Under the pieces are notes generated by a model. The model had not been told where the DNA came from. It saw nothing but the letters and a program-made list of their open reading frames with translations, and searched no databases. The translations under genes were made by a program, and so were the position numbers. From Rhynchobatus australiae (lineage: Eukaryota): 63,441 bases of DNA. The first letter of the stretch is position 1. Each line of letters begins with the position of its first letter. The stretch is from contig JAUZTB010000033.1 in NCBI GenBank assembly GCA_034780895.1, positions 35,272,895-35,336,335 on the forward strand, read 5' to 3'. This document shows positions 37,346-51,129 of the stretch, piece after piece.

Positions 37346-40300
37346 TTTGTACTAAAACATGGCTACCTTACCATAGCCCAAGAAGAGCCAATTATCTAGG
37401 AAGGGTTGAATCTGCCAGAACATTTGGCTCAAATCAGGTGGGTTGTGCTTATGCTGTCTGAACTTATTTCCCTATCCAGGNNNNNNNNNNNNNNNNNNNN
37501 NNNNNNNNNNNNNNNNNNNNNNNNNNNNNNNNNNNNNNNNNNNNNNNNNNNNNNNNNNNNNNNNNNNNNNNNNNNNNNNNNNNNNNNNNNNNNNNNNNNN
37601 NNNNNNNNATGGAGAAATGGTCAAATCGACAAAAGGATGTAAAAATTATTTTTGGGTTTTACATTCATTATTTCAATGGCTCAGCATTATCAGTCACTTC
37701 AAGCAGCAGGAATTAAATCTCCTAAGTTCTGGGTGCACCCTTTTCTGCCGATAATGTATTAGTAGGACCCTGGTCCCATACACCAGCTAATGAATAATGT
37801 TCTGACATGTAACCCTCCTGTCTTTGTGAATAGCAACTTGGAACATGTCTCTCATTAATATGAAGTGTGAATCAGTATATGGTTTTTCATATCAGTTTAA
37901 ATAAAATTTTCCTGGTTTCTATAATGAGAGGCAGATCTACAAAACCAGATTTACAACCAGGCAGCAAGTTGAATAATTACTTACTGCATGAAAGTAATGT
38001 GGAAGAAAATACTTATAATTTACTCACAGTTTCTCACTAGCACAACCATTCTTGTCTCTTCCTCTTTTAGCAGTATATCTAATTTAGCTCAGAATCTTGA
38101 TGGAGTGTCTGTGCCGAGAGTCCTGGCCCTTGATTTGGGCTTCTCCATTAAAAATCTTTGATACCATGTGAAAGCAAGGCACAGTGCCTGTTCAGAAATA
38201 GTACTGGATTCACTGCACAAGTGAATGCCAACTTTAAACGAGGTGGAGTTTTGACCTTTGTAAACCAGAATGATATTCCTGAGTCGAAGTGAATAAGTAG
38301 TCAGGATCTAGTTTCCTTTTTCTTGTTGAGCACGAGGATCCTGTGACTGAGATGAGCTTTGAGGATCATCAAGGCTCAGTCTTTAAGTCAAGACTGTATT
38401 ATAAAGATATCCAGTTTTACTGGCAGATGTTGTGCAGATCAAAAGCAGTCTGTGGTGACATTCGGTGATAAATGGGTTACAGTAAATTATAAAGGGTTTA
38501 AGATGCCCCTGTGTAGTTTCACAATGAGCAGCTGCAAAACTAACAGAATGGTGCCTTTTACGTTGTCCTATGTAGTTTAGTGGCATTTTTACTGCTGTTA
38601 ATGCACTAAAGTGAAATACTGGAATGTAACCTCAAATCACTGAACATGAATATTCTTTATGTAGTCATTCTCCAAAACAGACACCTAAAAACTTCATCAC
38701 TTTCAGTATGGGATCCTTCATATCAAATAGTTAGGGACTACACCCTAATACAGCCAATCAAGAACAGACAAGCAAAAACAGACAAGGAAAANNNNNNNNN
38801 NNNNNNNNNNNNNNNNNNNNNNNNNNNNNNNNNNNNNNNNNNNNNNNNNNNNNNNNNNNNNNNNNNNNNNNNNNNNNNNNNNNNNNNNNNNNNNNNNNNN
38901 NNNNNNNNNNNNNNNNNNNNNNNNNNNNNNNNNNNNNNNNNNNNNNNNNNNNNNNNNNNNNNNNNNNNNNNNNNNNNNNNNNNNNNNNNNNNNNNNNNNN
39001 NNNNNNNNNNNNNNNNNNNNNNNNNNNNNNNNNNNNNNNNNNNNNNNNNNNNNNNNNNNNNNNNNNNNNNNNNNNNNNNNNNNNNNNNNNNNNNNNNNNN
39101 NNNNNNNNNNNNNNNNNNNNNNNNNNNNNNNNNNNNNNNNNNNNNNNNNNNNNNNNNNNNNNNNNNNNNNNNNNNNNNNNNNNNNNNNNNNNNNNNNNNN
39201 NNNNNNNNNNGTCAGCTACGGACAGCTCTGAGCATGTGTTTTCTGTCAATCAGCAGAAGACAGAAGAGAATTCCAACCAAAAAAAAATACAGCTAGGTCA
39301 TCAAACAGTCCCATGAACGAGGCCACATTCAGCACTGAAACACACCCAGGAATTCACATTCACCCATTTGTCATACTGGATTTTTCCATTCACTCTATGA
39401 TGGCATTGACGTTACACTTTTGCTCATTTCTCTTCCCCTTATTTCGACTTGCTTAAATGCTGATTGCAGCTTTCAACCATTCAACTGAGAATCTTCTTAA
39501 AATTCATCCTGGCCTGAGCAGAATTAGATCATCTTGAGTTTGTATTGCAGTTGCTGAAGTCCTGTGGCTGTTTTGGTGATCAAACTGAATTCAGCTGACA
39601 GCTTGTGTGCATCTTTATATCAGCTCCTGTGCATGTACTGAACACAGGTATAAGGAAACAATTCAGTTCTCTCTACTCTAGCACTATATGGCTTTGGCAT
39701 ATCTTCATGTTAGCTCTTGCATGAGTACAGCGAGTGTGTTTAAAAGGAGCAAGTGAACTGTCAGCCTGGCCCAAGTATTCTCCGAGCCTTGATGCTAATT
39801 GTGTATGTTAGGACAGTTCAGCCACAGCACAGAAAGCTGTTGTACTTCTGGTTAAAAATTCTTTTTCCATCAGGACTCTGTCAAACTTCAACTTTTGCTG
39901 AGTGTTTGTAGAGAAGCGGGAGATGGGATTTAAACCACATGCAATAGCTTTGAGCCTTAAGTGTAATGCACTTTAATAAATGTCTCTGACAGCAACAAGG
40001 AGCAGCTGCATGGAAACTCAGAGCAACAACTTCGACGAGGTCAGTGAGTAGTCAGTCAGTCATCACTGTGCTGGGGTTTAAGACTGAGGAATTCACATAC
40101 TGAACAAAAAAGGGTGGAGAGATAGAGAAAGGGGAGACAGAAGGAAGGAGAAAGTAAGAAAGGAAGAGAAAGGGAAAGAAAAAGAACAGTGTAAGCAAAG
40201 GACAGGAAAAAAGAAAGATGAGAGGCAACAGATAAAGAAGAAGAGGGAAAGGGAGTGAGCAGTGGTAGAAAAATGAAGATTAAAGGACAGAGAGCAAGGA

Positions 40301-41019
40301 TGAAGTGATAGTTATTAACATTAAACCCCACTTAAATCAGTGGTGGTATCTGCAGTAACAAGCTATAAAGCTGATAATAAAATTTACCCATGGGCCAGAA
40401 CATGCTGACTTCTAGGTAGTGGGTTTGTAATGAGCCATCAGCAGGGAGCGTGGAGGAACATTCCAGATTTTTGCACCTGTGGAGCAGAGGTTGGAAATGC
40501 CCAGGAGGTTGAATGCACAAACATCTTACCTCTGGACTCAAGACTGAACCCCAGGGTCATTCTATAAATTACTCTGCCAATAGACTTGGTATCTAGCCCC
40601 TCCGCTGTACACACACCAGCCAAAGCTGCACATCCAGTGCTGTCCCCATGTATCTGAATGGGGTTGCCAACATTAATCTGGAAGGTTAAGGCCAAATCGT
40701 CTTGTATATTTTCCTTATTTAAATTCACATTTATATAATTAATTAACAGCAGTTTTGTGTGCTTTTTAAATTTAAAATTTTTTTACTGCCTTGTAGTTCT
40801 TTTGTTGGCTGCCCAAATATGACGTTGCACACTTCATGAAAATATTGGGCAGGAGTGTGCCCACATTTTGTGATTATTCTCCACACTCTGGCTGGCTCTG
40901 ATTTTTTAGGGCCTTACTACCCCTAAGGTCCTGCCAGCGTTTTGCCTCAGTTGTCCTGTGAAGCATAGTGAGCCACAAGTGTATAGGCTGCAGGCAACAG
41001 AAAGTAAAGCCCCGACAAA

Positions 41020-41335
41020 TGGACTGATGACTTTCTGATAGCTTGTATTGTCAGTAGGCTCCTTCCACTGTTTCTAAATGTCTGGTTCGGTCTAAGATGA
41101 GGCCAGTGAAGATAATGGAGCTAGTGGAAAGGTTTGTAAAGGGGCCCAAAACTATGAATTTAGGTCTTCCCAGTCATAGAGATGAAGTTCAGTTGAAAAG
41201 GTGAAGCAGCAGAATTTGGTATCATCAGCTTACATGTGAAAGATGACCCCATGTCTCCACATGATCATGGGACAGGATATAGATGAGGAAGAGGACTGTC
41301 AAAGACAGATCTTTGGGAGTCTCCAGAGGTAATAG
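41020..41335 (-). mobile_element. L2 LINE RT fragment
   Basis: ggtatcatcagcttacatgtgaa is the reverse of an FHxYADD-like motif; ctttgggagtctcc is the reverse of a GxPQG-like motif. Confidence 0.55.
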
Positions 41336-43262
41336 TAGGGGGGGGGGGGGGGGAAATGGGAAGGGAAGCCATTGCTAAATATGCCCGGATTATGAATGGT
41401 GGGTTATNNNNNNNNNNNNNNNNNNNNNNNNNNNNNNNNNNNNNNNNNNNNNNNNNNNNNNNNNNNNNNNNNNNNNNNNNNNNNNNNNNNNNNNNNNNNN
41501 NNNNNNNGCCCCGCAAAGGGCAAGGGAAGCCATTGCTAAATATGCCCTGATTATGAATGGTTGGTTATAAGTGGAACTAATTGGATTTCACTAAGCTTTA
41601 CAATTGATGTTGTTGGTGAAGTATGACAAATAATGCTGTGCAAAAAATACAAGGTTGGAAGACAAGCACTGTGGTAACCATGGCTGCAATTACTAGGAGG
41701 AGCTGATGATGAAAGGAGAGAAGCTGGGTTCTGTGGTCCAAATAAAATTTATAATAAACAAACTCAACAGCTGCCACTAGTGATATTGTCTAAACTATTC
41801 TGTTAGATTCCACCACTAACTCATGTTTCATTTATTTTCTTTATAAATTGTCCAGTTTCCTCTTTTAGATCTCAGTTTAGCTCATTCCTCCATATCTTTT
41901 ATTGTATGGAAAATGGACATTTAGGACTGCCCCCATCCCCCCTGCCGTGCCACTTGCCCTTGAGAACATGGTGCTGAGCTTTCTTTGTGAAAAGCTGCAG
42001 TCTTTTTATGTTAAGATTCTCCCACACCAGAGAATAAGAGTTCCTGAATTTTGATGGAATTATTTTATAAAATATGTCTGCTAGTTTATTGCGTATGTTG
42101 AAAAGTAAAAGTTTGCATCATGTGCAATTCAGAGGGGATATNNNNNNNNNNNNNNNNNNNNNNNNNNNNNNNNNNNNNNNNNNNNNNNNNNNCTTTAATA
42201 AATAGATTGTGGTGGCTTAAAGTGTTATTGTCTCTGTAAACATGTTTGGAATTTCATTTCTCTTCGAAAAGGAAAAGGAGCCAGAATAACTCTGGATCAT
42301 TTCCTCACTGTAGTTGTAGCTTGATGTGACATGAAGACACACTGCCAAGGCAGTTTATGCAGCTGCATTGTTTTTGAGCAACAGAACAAGCTTTGGCCAA
42401 ACATTTTTAAAACAACCCGATATAGTAATCACCGCGATTAAATTTATCAGTCAGAAGCAATGAGAACTGCCAGAATTATGTCACTTGCAGAATCTTTGCA
42501 ATTGTTCATTCTGAAACTGTGCAATCAGCAAAGGGTTTGAGTCTGCACCATCCCCACCCCCACCTTCCTTGTCCCCTAACTAATCCTCAGGAATTTAAGG
42601 AGTTACAGGGTGAAGCCACTCCTCAGGATCTGCTGATTGCTCACTGCCAATTCCTTTCCATTCATCATTCCCTAGACATTGTCTCTAGCTTTCAGAGAAC
42701 TTCCTAACTTAATCTCAGACTGTGTTTCTTTTTTGATTATTGTAAGTGCTTGTGAACAGAATACCTTATTTTCCACTCAATGTCAACTTCAGGACTACAA
42801 GATCATATGGAATTCAGGATTAGAGGAGCATCAAACTCTTTTTTTACACCATTCCCTCAAATACTCTTAGGTAACCTAAGTTCCTGTTGTTTTGCTTCCA
42901 TTCCCCTCACCATCAATCCTGTGGCTTCTCTCAGTTGGAATGCCAATGGGATGCCAATTAGTCCTGAATTAGGGACAACTGTTGTTTAGTGCCAAAAAGC
43001 TTAGATTGAGACTGTCCAATTTATATTGTGATGCTACAGTCAGCTGTAAGAGGAGCCTTTCATTCATTCCGGCTGAATTTAAATTTGGTCTCAATGGTGA
43101 AAGGCTACAGTCAAAACACCATACTTAATTTTTGGTTCAGAATTGTTTTATTAAAGAAAAGTGGCAATATTCGTGAGATTATCGTGTTGGTACCTCAATA
43201 TTCTGGACTCACCCATTGTGTTAATGATTACAATGCCAAATTTCACACTGGCCAATACTCAC

Positions 43263-43386
43263 AGGTCTTTGCAGTTTGCATCACAGAGAGTAGTCCATTT
43301 GTTCTGCTGGTGTGGCTGCCATTTTATGCACTGATAGTTGGGGTCCAGATAGGAGCCATTCAGGCTGTCATTGTCTTGGATTAACC
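43263..43386 (-). CDS. MYRF: MYRF exon ~7 (124 nt): [42 protein letters not shown]
   Basis: Manual translation; ttcag / gtgagt; start of the DNA-binding domain; phase 1 to 2. Confidence 0.95.
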
Positions 43387-44569
43387 CTGAAAGCCAATGG
43401 AGAGAAAGAGCATTAGTAACAATCTAAGCCAGGATGAAAATGTTCTCTTAAACAGCCAAACCTTGCTCCCCAAATATGAAAGTCCCAGATAATGAGCCTT
43501 GAACCTTCTCCCATTGGTACACATTCAGCAGGCCTGTCCTAACACCTGCCAAGTGCACAGTGGCATTTACTGCCAGAACTCCCATTTGCCAATGCATCAA
43601 TGTCCAGAGGAAAAGGAAGAACCAGTCAATATACAACACTAGCAAGATGGCAGAAGGATCAACAACTTTGGACCCACCTGGACCACACTAACCCCTGGCC
43701 CCCTCCCAATTCCCAAAACATCAATAGAGATGCTGCTGGTAAAAACAGTGGCCAAGAGTGGCACTCTGATAGGCACTGAGAGTATAGAGGAGTTCTCTAG
43801 AGTGTCTGAAGAGGGAGGTAGAGGCAGTGTAGTGCAACGCTCAACAATGCGATACAATATAATTAAAGAAGAGCAGCGAAGTCAAGGCTCTGGCCTTACT
43901 CACCTTGGTTCCTATCATATTCGTTTTTTCCTTCTCTGTATCTAACTGTTAAGGATACTCATTTTTGATAAGACCAAATGCTCCAAGCACTTATGTATCT
44001 TCATCATGGAAACATTCTGTCAACACTGTCTTTTTACAAGTATCTTTGCTAATTATCAAGGATGCTTTTTTAAAAGCATCAGTATATCTTGAGATTTTGA
44101 GTCAACCATTTTGATGGAAATTCTCTGAAAGAGGCCTGTATCATTTCCTTTACAAGGTAAAATGAGCATACAACCAGGAGGAACCACACCTCCTACCAAC
44201 CACAAAAAACAGAGGAAACTGGTTTAATAGGAAGATGCACCAGTGACCCTGTCATAGAGAGATAGGTTGTAAGTGTATTCCTAAACTGGATTACTACTAT
44301 GTAGGTTGTGATCGGTCGAATGTTGCTAAAAAGTGTTAGGGAGAAAAAAAATGGAAACATGTCCTTACAAAGGTTAAGTGGGCAACAGTGCCCCTGATTA
44401 GCATGAATGCTACAGAGTTGGGAATGTTTAAAGAAATGCCTTAAGAGGGATGGAAAGAACAGTTTGTCAGAAGAAATAATCAGATGACTTCAATACTTAG
44501 TTGTTTGTTCTCCANNNNNNNNNNCTCTTAGCGCCTTGTTACCATTTATAGATTTAAAACACTTTTAAA

Positions 44570-45600
44570 CACTTATTTATTTGTGGAATGTGGACTACCC
44601 TGGATTATTGCCTAACCTTATCAGTCCATGAGTAAATGCTGGTGGGCCACTTTATGGAACAGCACGGTTAAGGTGCTCTGATAATGCCATTGGAATATGG
44701 AGTTTGCAAATTTTGACCCAAAGATGAAAAAAGAATGTTACTCTTTGTCCATTGTGACTTATGTGTAATGTAGAGATGATGGTACTCCCATGAACCTGCT
44801 GCCTTTATCCTTGTAGGTAGAGGAGGTTGCAAATTTGCAGAATGGTGTGTTAAAGAACTCTCGTCAAGTTGCTGGGTGCACTGCAGAGATGATTGACATT
44901 GCAGCCAATGTAAGCCTAGGGCAGAGGGAGTAAGCATTTAAGGTGGTGGATGNNNNNNNNNNNNNNNNNNNNNNNNNNNNNNNNNNNNNNNNNNNNNNNN
45001 NNNNNNNNNNNNNNNNNNNNNNNNNNNNNNNNNNNNNNNNNNNNNNNNNNNNGAGGGAGTAAGCATTTAAGGTGGTGGATGAGGTGCTGATCATGTGGAC
45101 TACTTTGTTATGAATGATGTTGAGCTTGTTGAATTTTAACTGAAAAAAACTCTGCAAGATTACAAACTCAATTACTCATTACAAAATATCCAGATGGGAT
45201 TGGGTGACACCATACAGCAGCTGTGGTTCTGGATTTGAAAGACACAAGAACTTGCAGTAGTTAAGGACATGCCTCAGATCTGTTTGTGCAGCCACAGTAT
45301 TTATGTGGCTGGTCCAGCTAAGTCTCTGGTCAGTGGTGATCACAAGGAGGTTGGTTGTGGGGAATTAGATGATGACAATGGAGATTAAAATTAATAGGAG
45401 ATAGTTAGACTCTCTGTTTGGAGACATTCATTGTCTCACACTTATTTGGTATGAGTACTGTGCTACTTTACAGTTACCAGATGTTGTGCTGGAAGTTATT
45501 CAGTTCTTGCTGCACATGGACATGGATTGCTTCATCATTTGTGGAACTACAAATGAAACTGTACATGCTGTACTTGATCATTGAAGTTACTGACTGCCAT
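44570..45600 (-). mobile_element. L2/CR1-group LINE 3' fragment
   Basis: Reverse complement resembles the 9600-9960 and 35600-35935 tails (ISTSSTTLNAYSL ORF remnant). Confidence 0.55.
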
Positions 45601-47779
45601 AACATTTACTGTCTTGTCGAATTGATAGACAGCAAATCTGTCAAACTGATAGACAGCAACTCATTATCTGTACCCACTGTCTTGTACTTTCTTAAAGTAT
45701 TACATTGCCATGAATAATTGTGGCATGTCTTAAAATGTTGCATATTGCAAAACTATCCAGGTCTTGTGTCTCTCACATCATAGAAGCTACCATGGAGACA
45801 AAAGAGGCCTGCCTCCCTGTTGGCACTTGCAGATCCACAGATGTCGCACACTATTAACTAATTCCAGCCACTTACAGTGGATGTGCAAGCATTACAAAGA
45901 GAGCAAGCCAGGAGGACTGAGCTGCCTAGAATGATGAGCAAATCATTGTGCACTAGTTCACAAAAATGAGGAACCGTGAGAGAAATAGAGAGAGACTGCT
46001 GCTCTGGAACGAAGGGAGAAAAACAAATGGGATCTCTTGAGGAGTCTAAGGAGATAATCTTAAAAAGAATAATAGTTTGGGAACATTCATCTCATGTGGA
46101 AGTATGGCAGTTCCAGAGAACTGCCAGGTCATTGGAAGCGGGTCTCCCTGGGACAGCAACTACTCTGAAATATATCTCTAGGCTAACCACCCAGCCACTT
46201 GCTGCATAAGAACATATCACTATGGGAGCATTTCAGAGCAATGGTAGAATTATTCCCATGACATTTTCTAAGAAAAGGTAGCTGGCACAGTAAGTAGCCA
46301 CAGTGTTAAACGCTTGACTGCAAAATACTACATCCAACAGAGCTGAGCAGGGGTAGCAATGGAAGACCTCACTCCAATTCCAAAGGTGCTCAATGCTTTG
46401 TGGGCACAAAACACCAACCTTCCGTACAACACACAAACTCCTTTTCTCACTGTGCCTTGGCAGGTCTTTTTATCACTGGTTTCATGATGGTAATTATTGG
46501 GTGGGCTGATGGGGCAGGGGCTGGAGTTAGTTTGTTTGTTGAGAATGGAGGGATGTAGGCATGATGTTATTCTCAATGCCATACCCATTCAATTTTTAAA
46601 GATCAGAAGAGACCATTCAGCCATTGCGTGCTGGCTTTTTATAGAACAATCTCATCATTCCAACCCTCTGTTTTTCCCACAACCTTAATATTTTGTTAAA
46701 TATTCAAATATTTATCCAATGCCCTTTTGAATGCAACAATTCAACCTGTGTCCACCTGACTTTCATGCAACACATTCCAGATCACCGGTTAAGAATGATC
46801 TTCACTCTGGATCTTCAGACAGTCAACTTAAATGCATTTTATCTGGTTCGGGACGCTTTCACTAATGGGAACAGTTTCTCTCTACTTATCCTACGTAAAA
46901 CTGTCAAGGTTTCAAACACGTTTATCAAATCTCCCCTCGATATTTTCTGCTGTAAGGAGAAAACATTTTAGATCTTTAAAATTTATGTTTGTAAATGAAA
47001 TTTGAAAGTGGGGGAAATAGGCTTGTCTTGGGACTGAAGGGAAGTGTACAATGAGAATGAGAATTGCAATGAGAATTCAGGAGCAGGATTTCTTTGGCAG
47101 ATTTGCAGCAGGAGCCGTAAGATGCATTATCCTCAAATTCACACCAAACTTGAGCATCCCAGAGAGATATTCAGATCTGATTGTCAGCAAGGACAAGCCT
47201 GATCCAATCTTCAGGAATAAGCCCTATCCAACCTTCATTCAACATCGAAAGATACGTGCCTTACCAGGGATCACTGGATAAGAGTCACAGATGGAATTGT
47301 CTGACTGCCACTTCCCAACTATGGGGAACTGAAGTAGAATTGTGAGGGGTCATTTGTAACCTTACCCAAGATCAATTAACTCTGCATAGGCTGGACCTGG
47401 GATTACTCAGCTGAAATAAAAACAGAAAATGTTGGAAACACTCAGCAGGTCAGACAGCATCTGTGGAAAGAGAAACAGTTAGTCTTTCAGGTCCAAGTTC
47501 CTTTGTCAGAACTGGGAAAGAGAGAAAACAAGTTTGTTTTAAGTTCCAGAGAAGGTGGGGACAGATAGACAGGACCAAGGAAATATCTCTGATAGGGAGA
47601 CTGCTCAGTTGATGCTAGTTCAGTACATTTATCAATAGAACCACTAAAGTACTTTTCTATCGGTGGCAAATCAACCCTACCCTCACTCTCCTGGAAAGTA
47701 AAACAGTCAGGCAATTATCACACCGAGGGCACCTTTAAGTAGCTGTCAGAAGAAATGAAATCAAAGATGACATTCCTAC

Positions 47780-47880
47780 CTGGCTCTTGTTTAATCATTC
47801 CATTCAGCATCTGAGTGTTTAAAGTATTTGGCGGGGAGTCTGAATGTTTCCGCTTCTTGGCTGGATGCACAGGAATACCT
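47780..47880 (-). CDS. MYRF: MYRF exon ~6 (101 nt): [33 protein letters not shown]
   Basis: tttgcag acceptor, gtagg donor; KKRK NLS and IKQE SUMO consensus; phase 2 to 1. Confidence 0.93.
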
Positions 47881-48371
47881 CTGCAAAGAGATGAGACATT
47901 ATGGAAGCCAAACTGCAGAAGGGATTGAGTAGAAGAGAATTTTAAAGACAATCTTTATTCACATCTTCCTGTCTTATGAGTTCAGCTAATTTAGGCTGTT
48001 CTGGGTTATTGGTCATGGGCAACCACCCAGACACTTGGGGATAATTCAGTATAGAGTACAAATTAAACACAAATGGATGGGTTTTAACTACTTCAGCTGG
48101 AGCAAAAATACTGAGTGCATCTACACACATACATGTGCGCGCACACACACATTTTGAATGATGAGAACAAATGGATTCAGAATTCAGTCAACAATACCAA
48201 ATATGTGTGAAAATTGAGTGATTGAAGAAAAGTATCTTTCACAGATGAAAGGATTGTATTAGAGACGTCTATTAGAACAGCAGTATTCTGAATACATGTA
48301 AACAAATTAAATCATACATTAAGATGCACACACACATACACACTGTAAAACTAAAGTCTTCTGCATCTTAC

Positions 48372-48639
48372 TCTGATCCATGATGCTGCAGAAGCTGGTG
48401 AAGCATTTGTGACTGCTGGGCCTGATGGAGCTCATTTGGTGATATTCCTGATACTGGATACTGGGTCATCATTGGCTCAGGCTTCATGTACATCTCTCGT
48501 GGCACACTGGGATAGTGAGGGTTGGGCGGCTGATGAGGGTGTGGTGGTTGGAGGTGTGTTTGTGCAGGATGTTCCAGACGAGAAGGGGGTGCCATATGAC
48601 ACAGGTGCTCCGGCGTCATAGTGCGGAGTAGGTGGGACT
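48372..48639 (-). CDS. MYRF: MYRF exon ~5 (268 nt; 271 nt with upstream NAG): [25 protein letters not shown]...[13 protein letters not shown]
   Basis: ORF 48368..48619; ccagcag acceptor, gtaag donor; phase 1 to 2; Pro/His-rich transactivation region. Confidence 0.92.
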
Positions 48640-49109
48640 CTGCTGGAAGAGATAAGCAAGTTTTAATGCATTACAGACTGGGAGAATTGAGCAACTTCCC
48701 TTCCTACTTTGTGTCATACAAACACCACTCCCTCATTGTAGGTTTCCTTAGATCTAGTTCAAAATCAAGTCACCTATAAATATCTGAGGGTATTCACAGT
48801 GGTGTCAGTCCAGGTAATTCTAACTGGGCAACATAAGGATATGAACATTAGAGAAAATTATCCCAAGCATTGAAAAGCTCATTCAGCTCAGCATTTTTTC
48901 CCCCAAACAGAAATATAACTACCTTCCCTGTTTCTTTAAGATCTTACTCTGCCTCCAATTTCCCCCCTCATATTGAAAGGCACTGATTGATTGAAGGAAT
49001 ATGGCTTCACAGATGCCAGTGTTATAATCCCTTAACCAAATAAATAATCCTCAAATGTCAGCCGAGCCTCTGATTATTAAGCAAAGGGGGAAGTGGATGT
49101 GCTAATGTT

Positions 49110-50545
49110 CCTTGAGGATGGAACACACAGGGTATATCAAAGGAAAATAGTAGATGTAGTGTATTTGAATTTCCAGAGACATTTGATAAGGTGCCACATA
49201 AAAGGATACTGCACAAGGTAACAGCGGATAAGATTGAGTATTGTAAATAGGGGAGTGACTAACCAACAGAAAATAGAGAGTCAGGATAAGGAGATCATTT
49301 TTGGATTGGCAATCTGTAACTACTGTACTGTGACAGGGATCAGCGCTGGGGCTTTAGTTATTTATAATCCATTCTGATGATCTGTATGAAGGGACAGAAG
49401 ATGCTGTAGCCAAACTGACGATAGGTGGGTTACACATTGCAAGGAGGACACAAAGAGCCTGCATAGGGGAATAGATAGGTTAAGTAAGTGGGCTACAAAT
49501 TGGTAGTTGGAGTATAATGTGGGAAAATGTAATGTTATCCATGTTGGAAGGAAGTAAATTATTATTTAAGTAGAATTAGACTACAAACTTGTGTGATACA
49601 TGAAACACACAAGTTAGTATGCAGGTACAAAGAGTAATTAGGAAGGCTAGTAGAAAAGTTTCGATGCACCTTTGAAGGTTGCTACTGAGACTGCCCATGA
49701 ACTACACCATACAGTTTTGGTCTGTATTTAAGGAAGGATGTGCTTACATTGGAGATAGGGAAAAGAAGGTTCACCAGGTTGATTCATGGAGTGAGGGGGA
49801 TGATGTGTGAAGAAGGGCTAAAGCAGGTTGGGCCACTGGAGTTTAGAAGAATGAGGCGATCTTATTGACCACAGAGTAGAACAATGACAGCAGTCAGTGC
49901 TATTGCCTCAAAAGCTCAAGGGGACCGAGTTCAGTTCTGACCTCTGTGTGGAGTTTATACATTTTCCCAGTGACTTCATGGGTTTCTGCCTCACCCCCAG
50001 TTTCTTCCTACAACTCAAAAGATGTGGCGGTAGGTTAACTAGCTACAGNNNNNNNNNNNNNNNNNNNNNNNNNNNNNNNNNNNNNNNNNNNNNNNNNNNN
50101 NNNNNNNNNNNNNNNNNNNNNNNNNNNNNNNNNNNNNNNNNNNNNNNNNNNNNNNNNNNNNNNNNNNNNNNNNNNNNNNNNNNNNNNNNNNNNNNNNNNN
50201 NNNNNNNNNNNNNNNNNNNNNNNNNNNNNNNNNNNNNNNNNNNNGAGAGGATATATCCCTCAATTGGGGTATCTGGAACTAGAGGGCATAGTTTCATTTT
50301 AGATAGAGATGAGAATTTCTTCACTCAGTGTTGTGAATCTTTGGAATTCTCTGCCACAGAGACCTTTGCAGGCAGTCTCCAAAGTGGAGATAGATAGACA
50401 TTTGAACTACAAGAGAGCATATGGGCATAGGGAGAGAGTAGAGAAGTAATGCTGAGGCCAAGGCTTATTGACCACGACCTTAATGAATGGCAGAGCAAGC
50501 TTGAGGGACTGAATGGCCTACTCCTGCTCCTGTTTCTTATGTTCT
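49110..50545 (+). mobile_element. CR1 LINE (RT to 3' end) with a nested HE1-like SINE at ~49880-50050
   Basis: gatgtagtgtatttgaatttccag...tttgataaggtgccacat (DVVYLNFQ..FDKVPH); tail gactgaatggcctactcctgctcctgtttcttatgttct; SINE core tgtgtggagtttatacattttccc. Confidence 0.85.
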
Positions 50546-51129
50546 AAGTAAATCACACTAAGCTCAATTCCAACTTCATCTGGCATTTGCAAACAGATAT
50601 TTTATTCACCGGGTGCAGTGGCACCAGATATACAAACACCTCCACCCAGCTCAGATGCAAGTACAGGCTGAGAATCTCCTGGTCGAGCTTCTTCCCAGTT
50701 AAGAGAGTGGGAAGTTAGATTCCTCTAACAATAGCCATAATGTTGCAGAAAGCTCTCAACTCATTTATAAATCTTTCAGCATCCAACAGCCTGATGTTGA
50801 TTTTGAAGAACTATTTTGGCAAAAGTTGTGATTTCTCACTTGTCTGTATGAAAGCTGCAGAGCCATAAATATAGAGGTGACCATGAGCATTGAAAAAATG
50901 TAACCTGTTGCCATCTCTGACTGGTGGTCTTGTGCTGAAGTCTGAAGGTAGCTGCTCTAAAGGTTCTTTTCTCAAGATACATTACCTTTACCTCTCAATC
51001 TGACCCATACTCAATTTGCTCCTTGAGGTGCTGATTCAGATTGAGGAACAATGCCTGATCACCCATTAAACAATGGCAGGCAACTCACTCATGAAGGCCA
51101 TCACGGCCCTTTAAATATAGACACCTCCA

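Noticed and set aside
43678-43805. Exon-like segment (cctcttcag...cag|gtgggt, 128 nt) between exons 6 and 7 as a candidate for the mammalian Pro-rich extension
   Set aside because: It ends in phase 0 while exon 7 needs phase 1, and the translation is hydrophobic rather than Pro-rich. At best a cryptic poison exon, with no support.
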